Positions 52,898 through 63,001 of a stretch of 64,000 bases of DNA are shown here, in pieces. The stretch covers positions 771 through 64,770 of the forward strand of contig DRGK01000012.1 of the NCBI GenBank assembly GCA_011050075.1, given 5' to 3'. Below the pieces are notes generated by a model, which searched no databases, had not been told where the DNA came from, and saw only the letters and a list, made by a program, of their open reading frames with translations. Position 1 is the first letter of the stretch. Each line of letters begins with the position of its first letter. Origin of the DNA: Candidatus Jorgensenbacteria bacterium (lineage in GTDB: Bacteria; Patescibacteriota; Minisyncoccia; UBA6257; GWB1-50-10). Both the position numbers and the translations under genes were made by a program.

Positions 52898-54697
52898 CTA
52901 TTCGCTTTCTTCACACTGGGCTAAAGCAGTTCTTGCTTTTCTAAAAAGAAGATCTATTTCTTCTTGGAACACGGCTGTTATACCAAGAGGTGGCTCAAGC
53001 GATGCCTCGGCCCACTCCTTAAGAGAAGTTCGGCGTTCAAAGTTTGTTCCTCTTGTTACCCATTTTGCCTTGTCATTTATTTTTCTATTCAACGAGTTAA
53101 AGGTAAGCTCAACATCTTTCATTGAACTCCCAACCGAGACTGTTCCGACGAGCACTTTTTCCACCACCTTTCGCACTAACAACTCAAGTTTTGACATATC
53201 CAAAGAAGAAACACCGATAAACGAACCTCGTTTTTCGGCTTCTGCGATTGTGCTTGAGACATTGGTTGCGCTTATTTCAAGCCCTTGTAAGCCTTCAATA
53301 GAATTAAAGAACTGTTCAAAGTTGAGCGTTGAGGATGTTATCTGAACGCGGAGGTCGGCGTTTCTGCTTAATGTATCTATTGTTACATTATCGAGCAGCT
53401 TGACCGCTTCCGTATATTGATTAAATGCAGTCGCGAGTTCAGTATCAATATCAGAAAACTGATTCTCACCGATGGCAATTGTTTCTCCCTTGTTTTCAAA
53501 GCACGTTCTCAACTCACCGAGCTTCTCCATCAACTCGTCATTAAGAACTTGAGTGTCTCTAATTGTTTCTACGCCTTCCTCTATCTGTTCTTTTGCGTCT
53601 GTCGCTATGTGTCTACTTAGTTTCTTACTGAAGAATTTCTGTAGACTTTCCCTTATTTTTAAAATAGGTCCAACAGCCTTACATGCTACTTTCACACCAC
53701 CCTCCAAATCATCACAGTTTTTTTGTTGGGTATAATTGCGTTCTGTCGTCGCATATGCAAGCCCTTGCACGGTTTCTTTGGTCAAACGATTAATTCCTGC
53801 ATTAATTGCCGCAGCAAGAATTTGTTGAAGACTTTCCGAGTTTTGCAAATATGCTATATCAGCAAAGAGAGCCTGTGTGATGGCTTCGGATGCGACCTTA
53901 CCCGGTGTAATGGTTTCTGGTTGTGTGCACCCCCAATTTGAACCAATTGGTCGGTCGGTCTTCCCTGTGTATGGAATTCCATCTGGAGTATTATCGTAAA
54001 CTCCCGATCCGGAAGCCGTCATACCAATAGTCCACTCATTCCCCCCTTCGTCCGTATAAGCGGTGATAACCTTCCATTGATTACACCGCTTCTGTCCAAG
54101 AAAACCTGCGCCAATTGTTGCTTCGTAGCGAGCTGTTTCGGTCCTACTATTTGTTCTTCTTAGAAGCTCGTCTTGGGTGAGCAGGGATATCCCTGAGGGA
54201 GTATTTTGTAGCTTAAGCGACTCTTGATATGCAATCCAGCCCCCCGTTTTAAAGTCGTTTTTGAAAGCTCCAATATTTTTCACGATATCGTCTAGCGTAC
54301 AACTCACCCGTTGTGAAAAAATGGGCTGCATAAGTTCGACTCTCAGCTTAAATCTGGATGGTTGATAACAAAGATTTGCCATATCAAGCTCTAAGACAGT
54401 GTCGCCGACAGCGGCCTGGAATGCGTCGCCTATGACACCTTCAAAGTTTTGAATAAATCGAGGATCTTCCTCCCCTTTAATGTATGTTACGATGCTGTCG
54501 GTAATCATATCAAGAAGCCGCTTCTTGAACGTTTCTATAACAGTCTTTATCAAGGTATCCGTTAACCACTCTCCAACTTTCGGTAAATCAATACCTATAT
54601 CAATGACTCCGAGAACGGCATTTGCACGCAAGGGATATGCAACTCCCGTGAGCAGCATAATTAATAGCAAGAAGCTGGCAAGTGCTTGTTTTCCCAT
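52898..54697 (-). CDS. Large secreted hypothetical protein of the cluster
   Basis: 599 aa with a signal peptide (MGKQALASFLLLIMLLTGVAYPLRANA). Confidence 0.4.
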   Translation of the reverse strand: MGKQALASFLLLIMLLTGVAYPLRANAVLGVIDIGIDLPKVGEWLTDTLIKTVIETFKKRLLDMITDSIVTYIKGEEDPRFIQNFEGVIGDAFQAAVGDTVLELDMANLCYQPSRFKLRVELMQPIFSQRVSCTLDDIVKNIGAFKNDFKTGGWIAYQESLKLQNTPSGISLLTQDELLRRTNSRTETARYEATIGAGFLGQKRCNQWKVITAYTDEGGNEWTIGMTASGSGVYDNTPDGIPYTGKTDRPIGSNWGCTQPETITPGKVASEAITQALFADIAYLQNSESLQQILAAAINAGINRLTKETVQGLAYATTERNYTQQKNCDDLEGGVKVACKAVGPILKIRESLQKFFSKKLSRHIATDAKEQIEEGVETIRDTQVLNDELMEKLGELRTCFENKGETIAIGENQFSDIDTELATAFNQYTEAVKLLDNVTIDTLSRNADLRVQITSSTLNFEQFFNSIEGLQGLEISATNVSSTIAEAEKRGSFIGVSSLDMSKLELLVRKVVEKVLVGTVSVGSSMKDVELTFNSLNRKINDKAKWVTRGTNFERRTSLKEWAEASLEPPLGITAVFQEEIDLLFRKARTALAQCEESE

Positions 54698-54703
54698 AAA
54701 TTA

Positions 54704-55519
54704 TTATAATTCAGCTAACAGTTCTTCATAGAACTGATTCATTATTGACTGGATATCTTGCTCTTTCTGAATAGCGATTGGAAGCAGCTGCAAAGAAACG
54801 TATGTTTTAGCCGGGTCAGACTTGAAACTGAGAACCCCTTGGTAAATAGCGAGCTTTTCCTGCCACAGATTCAACACCTGAACATGAAGCTCTTTCCATA
54901 TACCCGGCGTTTCAAGTTCCAGAAGATCATCAAGGTAGGCAGGTATGGTATTAATTAGGCTGTCCAACAGTCGCGAGTCACCCTCTTGAAAGAAAGCGTC
55001 AAGAGCGGTAACCGTGTTCTCACCCTCAAATTCACTAAAATGTTCCCACAAAAGTGTATCCAATGACTTTATATAAGCGATTTGATTTTCTATAGAATCA
55101 TCTAATGAAACGACAACGTCCTTTGTGGTGAATTGGGGATAATCGAGAGGGCGCGCTGTTGCCTCCTGAAGTGCCTGTGTCACCCCCTCTTCAGAGAGTA
55201 TAACTTCTCCACCACTTTCAAGTAGGCTATTGGTGAATGACAGCGTTAGAAGCTCGGTGAGATTATCAGAACTTTCTTCGTTTAGTTCTGGCGTAATTGA
55301 AACTTTGGCGGTTTTAGGTCTTAAATCGCCTGATTCAAACTGGAAACTTGGATTATCATTTGCACGAGCAGCAACCACAGAAGCATTACGCTCGTCCACT
55401 TTACTCTTTTGAGGAGTGATTATAAACACACTTGCCGCTAACCCTGCAAGGAGAATAACAAAAGCCGCAATTTTCCTTTTATTTCGCATGGAATACAGCA
55501 TGTTATGATAATTATACAC
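54704..55519 (-). CDS. Membrane-anchored hypothetical protein (first gene of the cluster)
   Basis: 271 aa with an N-terminal TM helix (IAAFVILLAGLAASVFII) and an acidic extracytoplasmic domain. Confidence 0.4.
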   Translation of the reverse strand: MYNYHNMLYSMRNKRKIAAFVILLAGLAASVFIITPQKSKVDERNASVVAARANDNPSFQFESGDLRPKTAKVSITPELNEESSDNLTELLTLSFTNSLLESGGEVILSEEGVTQALQEATARPLDYPQFTTKDVVVSLDDSIENQIAYIKSLDTLLWEHFSEFEGENTVTALDAFFQEGDSRLLDSLINTIPAYLDDLLELETPGIWKELHVQVLNLWQEKLAIYQGVLSFKSDPAKTYVSLQLLPIAIQKEQDIQSIMNQFYEELLAEL

Positions 55520-55548
55520 GATTTATGTAACGTTCCTAACTGCGTATT

Positions 55549-56190
55549 ATGTCAATGTTTACGAAGCTTTTAAAACTGCCAGGAGGATTAGTTCTTCTTA
55601 CGATTGTTTTGGTTTTTCTTGCCAATATTAATCCTTTTCAACTACACGAAGGTCCATATTATGAGATTTTTGCCGTATTTGGAGCCATGGTGTGGATGTT
55701 GATGGTCTCGCTTATAGTAATCTGGTTCGTTTTCAAAGAAAAAATTGAAGACTATGGATGGATATTACCAAAAAATAAGAGTAAAGCCGTCCTACTTACA
55801 TTTCTTTCAATAACTATTCTTACTCCTGTTATGGTTTTCTTTGGAACACAAGATTCATTCCGAGAATTTTATACTTTGCAAAGTGTTTCTATAGGGAACT
55901 TTTTATTAACGAGCGTGGTCCTGTCCTTTGTATATTATATAGCTGAAGAATTTCTATTCCGCGGATTTCTTTTCTGGGGACTGTTTCATAAAGTTGGATA
56001 CCACAGTTTTTGGATAACGAGTAGCGTGTTCGCTCTGTTTCATATTACGAAGCCCCTACTTGAGATTCCTTTCGCTTTTTTTGCAAGTTTACTATTCTGC
56101 TACCTTTCTTTTAAGACAAAGTCTTTTGTCCCGGCTTTTGTGGTTCATTTTACAATAGCACTTATACTAAATACATTAATTTTCATATGA
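55549..56190 (+). CDS. CPBP-family intramembrane metalloprotease (CAAX protease/Abi)
   Basis: The motifs are EEFLFRGFLF and FALFHI. Confidence 0.7.
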   Translation: MSMFTKLLKLPGGLVLLTIVLVFLANINPFQLHEGPYYEIFAVFGAMVWMLMVSLIVIWFVFKEKIEDYGWILPKNKSKAVLLTFLSITILTPVMVFFGTQDSFREFYTLQSVSIGNFLLTSVVLSFVYYIAEEFLFRGFLFWGLFHKVGYHSFWITSSVFALFHITKPLLEIPFAFFASLLFCYLSFKTKSFVPAFVVHFTIALILNTLIFI

Positions 56191-56970
56191 GAACGTGTGT
56201 ACAAGGTCCTTAACTACGCTCGCAGAGAGTTCTTGAGGACGCATACCAGGATCAAGTCCCGCTCGTTTCAGTTTTACCGAGACTTTTTCCTTAGTAGTTT
56301 CAGTAATTTCCGCGGATAAATTATTGAGAATAGTTTTTCGCGGCTGTTTAAAGAGGGTTTTAATAAATTTGTAGTAGTTTTCGGTCTCTCCGGTCGTTAT
56401 TTTTTGTTCCTTGGTTGTTAGTTTTATTACTGCGCCATCCACTTCCGGTTGTGGCTGATAGTCGGTGCGTGAAATGGTGGTTATGATCTGTGCGTCAGCC
56501 CAGAATTGTACGCTTGCGGCGAGTAGATTCATACGCGGTGGTTGAGCTGAAATGCGCTCCGCAACCTCTTTTTGGATACCGAGTATGGTAATTGTTGGTT
56601 TGTACTCCAATTCGCTTATTATGCGCAGGAGACGACCGGTGATGTAAAATGGAATATTCCCAACGAGTTTGTAGGTACCGGCGTCTAATGTTTTGGTAAT
56701 CTGCGGCAGTATTTTTAGAGCATCGTCGGTGACAATTTCTATGCGGCCATCGTCGCTAAATTTTTTCCTGAGCGCCGTTGCGAGTTTTTCGTCTCGCTCT
56801 ATAAGAACAAGTTTTTTGAAAGTGCCAGAGTGAATAATTTCTTTGGTTACCTCACCATGTCCGGGGCCGATTTCTATAACTATGTCGTGTTTTTCTAGAT
56901 CAAGCGCATCTACAAACTGCTTAATTTTCCGCTCATTTTTCAAGAAATGTTGGCCTAGTCGTCTACGCAT
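56176..56970 (-). CDS. rsmA: 16S rRNA (adenine1518/1519-N6)-dimethyltransferase RsmA/KsgA
   Basis: The N-terminus is GQHFLKNERKIKQFVDAL and the SAM motif is VIEIGPGHGEVT. Confidence 0.85.
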   Translation of the reverse strand: MRRRLGQHFLKNERKIKQFVDALDLEKHDIVIEIGPGHGEVTKEIIHSGTFKKLVLIERDEKLATALRKKFSDDGRIEIVTDDALKILPQITKTLDAGTYKLVGNIPFYITGRLLRIISELEYKPTITILGIQKEVAERISAQPPRMNLLAASVQFWADAQIITTISRTDYQPQPEVDGAVIKLTTKEQKITTGETENYYKFIKTLFKQPRKTILNNLSAEITETTKEKVSVKLKRAGLDPGMRPQELSASVVKDLVHTFSYEN

Positions 56971-57150
56971 AGGTTTGTCTTTTACCTTTTATACAATAAA
57001 ATAAAGGGTGAAGGGATTTACTCTTATTGTATCGTATTGTATAACAAAAGAGTCTTTCCTATTTACTCCTCATTTGCTCCTGTAAGCTATACTTGCAGGA
57101 GCGGCATTCGGAAAAGATAGAAACTTACATTTCAATCTTTCTCCTCATTT

Positions 57151-57222
57151 GCCCCTGTAGTTCAAGGGATAGAACAAGCCCCTCCTAAGGGCTAGATCTC
57201 CGTTCGATTCGGGGCAGGGGCA
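57151..57222 (+). tRNA. tRNA-Arg (anticodon CCT)
   Basis: GCCCCTGTAGTTCAAGGGATAGAACAAGCCCCTCCTAAGGGCTAGATCTCCGTTCGATTCGGGGCAGGGGCA folds as a cloverleaf. The anticodon loop is CTCCTAA. CCA is not encoded. Confidence 0.8.
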
Positions 57223-57228
57223 CAGGTA

Positions 57229-57320
57229 GGTGGGGTGGCTGAGTCCGGTCGAAGGCGCCGCACTCGAAATGCGGTATGCCCGAAAGGGTATCGTGGGTTC
57301 GAATCCCACCCCCACCGCCA
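57229..57320 (+). tRNA. tRNA-Ser (anticodon CGA), long variable arm, CCA encoded
   Basis: GGTGGGGTGGCTGAGTCCGGTCGAAGGCGCCGCACTCGAAATGCGG…GTGGGTTCGAATCCCACCCCCACCGCCA has the anticodon stem-loop CCGCA-CTCGAAA-TGCGG. Confidence 0.8.
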
Positions 57321-57326
57321 TGATTT

Positions 57327-59810
57327 TTATACAACAAAATTAATGAGCCTGTCTTTAACAAACACCACTTTCTTTAACTTCCTGTCGTTGAGGTGTTTCT
57401 GAATTGCTTCAGAGGCGAGCGCGGCTTTTTTCGCTTCTGTCTCCGTTATGCCGCGCGGCAACGTAATGGTGTCGCGCACCTTACCATTCACCTGAATCAC
57501 AAGCTCGAACATGTCTTCTTTGATAAATTTAGGACTATATTTTGGCCACGGCTCAGTATGAATTGAGGTTTTATTACCGAGCTCATACCACAATTCCTCG
57601 GTTATGTGTGGCGCAAAAGGAGCGAGGAGTTTTAAAAACAACTGACGATTTGCAACTGACAAATGGCTCCTGTGTTCTTCTATTGCACCAAGGAGCACCA
57701 TTAATGCACTAATAGCCGTGTTGTACTTCAATACTTCAATATCCTCAGACACCTTCTTGATGGTTTTATGGAGTATTCGCTGTAGCAGTACATCTTTCTT
57801 TTTTTCTGGCATCTGGTTCTCGGTATGTAACGACTGAAATAGTTTCCACACTCTGTCCAGGAAACGAACTATTCCCAGTATACCCGCATCATGGAAATCG
57901 CCCCCTTCTTCAAATGGTGCGAGGAACATCAGATACATGCGCAGCGTGTCTGCGCCGAAACGCTCTATGTACTCGTCTGGATTTACTACATTCCCTCGTG
58001 ACTTGGACATTTTTGCCCCATCTTTAATAATCAGGCCGTGCGCACGAAACTTCGGGAATGGTTCTTCCCCGCTTATTGCGGGAAAGGAGAGGAGTTTCAT
58101 GTCCTGCAGTGCGAGTGCAACGAACCGTACATACAGAAGATGGAGCACGGAGTGTTCTGCACCTCCGGTATACAGGTTAACGGGAAGCCATTTTCTAGTG
58201 GTTTTTGGATTCCATGCGTGTTGTTTGTCTGAAGCCGAAGGATAGCGGAGATAATACCATGCGGAGTCTAAAAAAGTATCGGAAACATCTGTTTCACGCC
58301 GTGCCACTTCGTTGCAACCAGGACACGTTGTTTCATAAAACTCGGGCACCGAAGCAAGTGGGGACTTTCCGGTTCCCTCTGGACGAAACTTTTCAATGTG
58401 CGGAAGTTCAACGGGGAGATCTTTCTCTGGTACTGTATACCAGCCGGGCATATCTTTTTGTTCCCCTTTCTTATCCGCAGCACACGCTTTGCAGAAAATC
58501 ATCGGAATAGGAACTCCCCAGTACCGCTGGCGGGAAATAAGCCAGTCGCGGATGCGATACTGCGTTTTATATTTGCCACCGACGTACTTTGTGATTTTCC
58601 GCATCGCTTCTTTTGACTTCATTCCATCAAATCTTCCTGAGTCAACGAGGTGACCATCACCCTCATACGCTTCTTCCAATACAGGACAGGTCGGTGCCGG
58701 ATAATGTGTGCAAATAACCATTTTAACGGGAAGATCAAACTTTTTTGCGAATTTCCAGTCCCGTGTATCATGTGCCGGTACTGCCATAATAGCACCGGTG
58801 CCGTATGATGGAAGTACATAATCCGCAATAAAAATAGGAATCAATTCTTTGTTTGCGGGATTGATCGCTTTTACTCCTACAAGTTCCACGCCGGTTTTGT
58901 CTTTATGCTCAATGCGTTCTTGCTCTGTTTTACTCTTAGTATGTTTTATATATTTTTTAACTTCCTCCTGATTTTTAATTGGCAATTTTGAGACAAGTTC
59001 ATGTTCTGGTGCGAGTACTACATACGTTGCACCAAAGAGTGTGTCAGGACGCGTTGTGAATACCTCTACATAGGTGTTAGATGTTAGTTTTTTGGTTTTA
59101 GATTGTATTTCAAATTTAATGAGAGCGCCTTCGCTTTTGCCAATCCAGTTGCGCTGTGCGATCTTCACGCGCTCGGACCAGTCAATATTCTCAAGATTAT
59201 TGAGCAGTCGTTCTGCATATTTCGTAATGCGGAAAAACCACTGCTCAAGTTCTCGGCTTTTTACGGTCGAATTACAACGCTCACAGTGTTCATTAATAAC
59301 CTGTTCATCGGCGAGTACTGTTTTACACGAAGGGCACCAGTTGACCGACTGCTCCTTACGGTATGCAAGACCGTGCTTCCACATCTGAGTGAATATCCAC
59401 TGCGTCCAGCGATAGTAGGTGGGATCATAGGTTTCGAGCCGCTCGTTCCACGCAAACCCATTCCCAATCGCCTCAAGCTGTTTATAGAAGCGTTTCTCAG
59501 AAATTTTCGCCTGCTCCATAGGATGCGTGCCGATCTTGAGTGCATAGTTCTCAGAATGAATACCGAATCCATCAAGGCCGATAGGCTCAAACACGTCATA
59601 TCCTTGCATACGCTTGAATCGGCCGTAGATGTCGGCACCGGTGAAAGCATATACATTTCCCACATGCAACCCCTCAGCAGAAGGGTATGGAAACATCATA
59701 AGATTATAAAATGGCTTTTTAGCGTTACCAATGTTTGGTTCGTACGTACCGTCCTCACGCCACTGCTTCTGCCACTTTTTCTCTATATTTCTAAATGCAT
59801 ACCGTTTCAT
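57327..59810 (-). CDS. leuS: Leucyl-tRNA synthetase
   Basis: The N-terminus is KKWQKQWREDGTYEP…FYNLMMFPYPSAEGLHVGN and KMSKS is present. Length is 827 aa. Confidence 0.9.
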   Translation of the reverse strand: MKRYAFRNIEKKWQKQWREDGTYEPNIGNAKKPFYNLMMFPYPSAEGLHVGNVYAFTGADIYGRFKRMQGYDVFEPIGLDGFGIHSENYALKIGTHPMEQAKISEKRFYKQLEAIGNGFAWNERLETYDPTYYRWTQWIFTQMWKHGLAYRKEQSVNWCPSCKTVLADEQVINEHCERCNSTVKSRELEQWFFRITKYAERLLNNLENIDWSERVKIAQRNWIGKSEGALIKFEIQSKTKKLTSNTYVEVFTTRPDTLFGATYVVLAPEHELVSKLPIKNQEEVKKYIKHTKSKTEQERIEHKDKTGVELVGVKAINPANKELIPIFIADYVLPSYGTGAIMAVPAHDTRDWKFAKKFDLPVKMVICTHYPAPTCPVLEEAYEGDGHLVDSGRFDGMKSKEAMRKITKYVGGKYKTQYRIRDWLISRQRYWGVPIPMIFCKACAADKKGEQKDMPGWYTVPEKDLPVELPHIEKFRPEGTGKSPLASVPEFYETTCPGCNEVARRETDVSDTFLDSAWYYLRYPSASDKQHAWNPKTTRKWLPVNLYTGGAEHSVLHLLYVRFVALALQDMKLLSFPAISGEEPFPKFRAHGLIIKDGAKMSKSRGNVVNPDEYIERFGADTLRMYLMFLAPFEEGGDFHDAGILGIVRFLDRVWKLFQSLHTENQMPEKKKDVLLQRILHKTIKKVSEDIEVLKYNTAISALMVLLGAIEEHRSHLSVANRQLFLKLLAPFAPHITEELWYELGNKTSIHTEPWPKYSPKFIKEDMFELVIQVNGKVRDTITLPRGITETEAKKAALASEAIQKHLNDRKLKKVVFVKDRLINFVV

Positions 59811-59837
59811 GGGCTGTGTACTGCATTGTAAAACGTA

Positions 59838-60716
59838 TTAAGTGAGCTGTATACCAAAGACCGTTTCGTTGTTTTTAAGAATATGTGTGGAAAGATCTTT
59901 GAGTGGAAGCTGTTTGAGTTCACTCATGCGCTTGGCGACATCAATGACGTATATTGGTTCATTGCGTTTACCGCGGTGTGGAGTTGGCGTAACGTACGGT
60001 GCGTCGGTTTCAATGAGTATGCGTTCCATAGGAATAGCCTTGATAACATTATCGTAGTCGTTGGTAAAGGTAATGACTCCACCGAATGTGAAATATGCAC
60101 CAAGTTGCATGAAACGTTCGGCGGTCTTTAGTGAGCCGACAAAAAAATGTATGACAATACCGGAAAGATCTGCGGCATGAGGCGTGAGTATTTCGAGCAG
60201 GTCTTCGTATGCATCCTGTGTTTTATTTGATGGGCGGCAGTGGCACATGAGCGGCTTGCTCACATCCTTCGCCAGCTCTATGTGTTGTACAAAAACATCT
60301 TTTTGCCTCTCCTTAATTTCAAGCTCTTGTTGTTCTTTATGCGCTGCATTCTCAGCGGAAGCGCTGATTCTGAAGTAATCCAGCCCGCACTCGCCAATAG
60401 CAACCGTTCGCTCGTTTTGAGCGAGTGCAGTGTAGTGTTCTGTGTTAAAAACTTCTTCGCGACTGGTAAATCCTTTTCCACCGCCGAGTTCTTGTGGATC
60501 GTGATATGAACGGTGTGTATGAACAGGATGCAGCCCAATGGCGGCATAAATGTGGTCGTATGTATTTGCAAGCTCAACGCCTAATTGAGAGGTATCTTTC
60601 TGAGTTCCGACCACGAGACAACCAACACCCTTTTTGAGGGTGCGAGCAATAACTTCTTCACGGTCTTTTTCAAACGCCGCAAACTGGATGTGCGTGTGCG
60701 AGTCGAAGAGCTTCAT
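59838..60716 (-). CDS. tatD: TatD-family metal-dependent hydrolase
   Basis: The N-terminus is FDSHTHI. GECGLDY and ETDAPY are TatD motifs. Confidence 0.8.
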   Translation of the reverse strand: MKLFDSHTHIQFAAFEKDREEVIARTLKKGVGCLVVGTQKDTSQLGVELANTYDHIYAAIGLHPVHTHRSYHDPQELGGGKGFTSREEVFNTEHYTALAQNERTVAIGECGLDYFRISASAENAAHKEQQELEIKERQKDVFVQHIELAKDVSKPLMCHCRPSNKTQDAYEDLLEILTPHAADLSGIVIHFFVGSLKTAERFMQLGAYFTFGGVITFTNDYDNVIKAIPMERILIETDAPYVTPTPHRGKRNEPIYVIDVAKRMSELKQLPLKDLSTHILKNNETVFGIQLT

Positions 60717-60719
60717 TCA

Positions 60720-61739
60720 CTATATTCCCAAGCCCGTATCTCGTGCCTTACGTTCAGCAATGTATGAAAACACCTCCTGTACGAGAATAGCAATCGGTAC
60801 CGCGAGAAGCATTCCGAAAAATCCTGCTGCTTGCCCACCAGCGAGCAGTGCAACTAGCACCATAATAGGGTGAACCCGAGCGAGCTTTCGATACACGAGC
60901 GGAACGAGGATATTGTTTTCCAGTTGCTGGACAAGAAAGAAGAATATAAGTACGTACAACGCGAGAGAAAAAGACTCAGAGAGACTAATAAGGAGCGCGA
61001 CGCTTCCCGCGATGATAGGTCCGATGACGGGTACGAGTTCGAAAACAGCCGCGAGCAATCCGAGCGTGAGTGCATATTCTACACCAAGGAGCCATAGTCC
61101 AACACTAACGATAATTCCAATAACCAAACTGAGGCCGAGTTGAGCCAGGAGCCAATGGCGCACCTTGTTTTTGAAGCGTTTGAATACTTCAAGTGCCGTT
61201 TTCTCGTAGATTTGAGGAAGAACCATACGTAGCAGGCGCTCAGGTCCATTTTTTTCAATTGAAAGATAGAACGAGATAACGATTGCCGATACGACAAGAA
61301 TTATGGTTTTGAACACGTTGGAGATTGCGCCACCCAGAGAAATATTTGAGGAGGTGATAAAACTAATTGCTCTATTTAAGCTCGTGTTAATGTCCTGGAT
61401 AGCTGCTTCGGGTATACCGATGCCAAAAAATTGAGAAAACGTATCGTTGAAATATACTATAAAATCACCCGCTTCTGTAATAGCAGTAGGAATAATGAAA
61501 AACATTGCGGTAGCAAAGAAAAGAAGCAAAATCAAAAACACTAAAATAGTTCCAATGATACGGTGCACTCCCCTTTTTTCCAGGAATGTAACAGCAGGAT
61601 CCAGACCAAGCGAAAAGATAACACCAACGAAAAGTATTCCTAACGCTTCCCGAGCAACATAAAGCAGAAGCAACATACCAACAAGAACGAGTATCTGCCA
61701 AATAGTGTTCCATCCAATCTCAATGCGTATCATCTTCAT
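60720..61739 (-). CDS. AI-2E family transporter (UPF0118 / PerM-like)
   Basis: 339 aa with about 8 TM helices. The architecture and conserved C-terminal region are typical of the family. Confidence 0.6.
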   Translation of the reverse strand: MKMIRIEIGWNTIWQILVLVGMLLLLYVAREALGILFVGVIFSLGLDPAVTFLEKRGVHRIIGTILVFLILLLFFATAMFFIIPTAITEAGDFIVYFNDTFSQFFGIGIPEAAIQDINTSLNRAISFITSSNISLGGAISNVFKTIILVVSAIVISFYLSIEKNGPERLLRMVLPQIYEKTALEVFKRFKNKVRHWLLAQLGLSLVIGIIVSVGLWLLGVEYALTLGLLAAVFELVPVIGPIIAGSVALLISLSESFSLALYVLIFFFLVQQLENNILVPLVYRKLARVHPIMVLVALLAGGQAAGFFGMLLAVPIAILVQEVFSYIAERKARDTGLGI

Positions 61740-63001
61740 GTATTCAGTATATCAATAAAGCTTTTGTCTTTAAATGGTCCAATGAGCGCGAAGTTGAGTC
61801 CCGCGTTGTGAAAAAAATCATTTGCAACGGCCCTGATATCCATTGCTGTTACTGTGTTAATGTGTTTTGTGAGTTCTTGCGGCTGTATAGGCTTCAGTCC
61901 CATACCAACCTGCATGCCGTAGAAATAACCAATTTCTTCAGCAGCCTCAAGTGAAAGCAGAAGCTTACCGGTAATATGCCGCTTTGCTCGATTGAGCTCT
62001 TCGTCTCCAATGCTTTCTTCACGAAATCGGACAAACTCTTCAAGAACAGCACGGATAACTACTTCAGTCTTAGCACCGTCTATACCGGCGCGTGCGCGAA
62101 GGTAACCATGGTTAGTATATAAGTCAGCGTCGGCACTCACATAATATGCAGCGCCAAGTTGTTCACGAATTCGCTGGAACAGACGTGAACTCATGCCACC
62201 ACCGAGAATGTCTGCGAGTACCTCAAGCGCGAATCGGCGCTGGTCATGAATATCACATGTCCGAAAGCCGAGCACAACGTGTGTTTGCTCTGAATCTTTA
62301 AACTGTACAAGTTCTGCAGGTTTTTTCTGTGATTCACTCACTGCGGGAAGAGGTGTTGGCGGTTGGGGAGGTAATTGTTCAAATAACCGGACTATATCCT
62401 TGGTAGTTTTGGGTGTGTAGTTGCCGGCAATGATAAGAATGGTATTTCCCGAAATGTAATGAGTGTTGCGATATGAGAGAAAATCATCACGACTGAGTGT
62501 GCGAATAACCTCTTTTCTCCCTGCAATATCCCACCCGGCCGGTTGATCACCATAGAGTACCTGTATAAATAATTCCTGTACGCGGCGTGCAGGCGTATCT
62601 TCATACATATTAATTTCTTCAATAATGACGCCTCGTTCTTTTTCAATTTCTTCCTTTGGAAGCGTTGGATTGAGATATAAGTCTGCAATTATGTGAGCTG
62701 CCTCAGAAAAAGATGTATGTTGCACCTTTGCATAATAGCTGGTGAATTCTTGGTTGGTAAACGCGTTATATTCCGCTCCGAGCCCATCAAGCGCGGAACT
62801 GATATCAATTGCCTTTGGGCGATTTTTAGTGCCCTTGAACATCATATGCTCAAGGAAGTGAGAGACGCCGTTTATATTCTTAGTTTCGTACTGGGAGCCA
62901 ACTCTTACGAGCACCATAATAGCACTGATAGGACTGCTTTTCTTTGGTACGAGAATAAGCTCTGTGCCGTTACTGAGAGTCTGACGTTCAAATGAGTACA
63001 T
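61736..63001 (-). CDS. M16-family zinc metallopeptidase (pitrilysin/insulinase-like)
   Basis: The inverted zinc motif is HFLEHMMFKGT (HxxEH). Confidence 0.8.
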   Translation of the reverse strand: MYSFERQTLSNGTELILVPKKSSPISAIMVLVRVGSQYETKNINGVSHFLEHMMFKGTKNRPKAIDISSALDGLGAEYNAFTNQEFTSYYAKVQHTSFSEAAHIIADLYLNPTLPKEEIEKERGVIIEEINMYEDTPARRVQELFIQVLYGDQPAGWDIAGRKEVIRTLSRDDFLSYRNTHYISGNTILIIAGNYTPKTTKDIVRLFEQLPPQPPTPLPAVSESQKKPAELVQFKDSEQTHVVLGFRTCDIHDQRRFALEVLADILGGGMSSRLFQRIREQLGAAYYVSADADLYTNHGYLRARAGIDGAKTEVVIRAVLEEFVRFREESIGDEELNRAKRHITGKLLLSLEAAEEIGYFYGMQVGMGLKPIQPQELTKHINTVTAMDIRAVANDFFHNAGLNFALIGPFKDKSFIDILNT

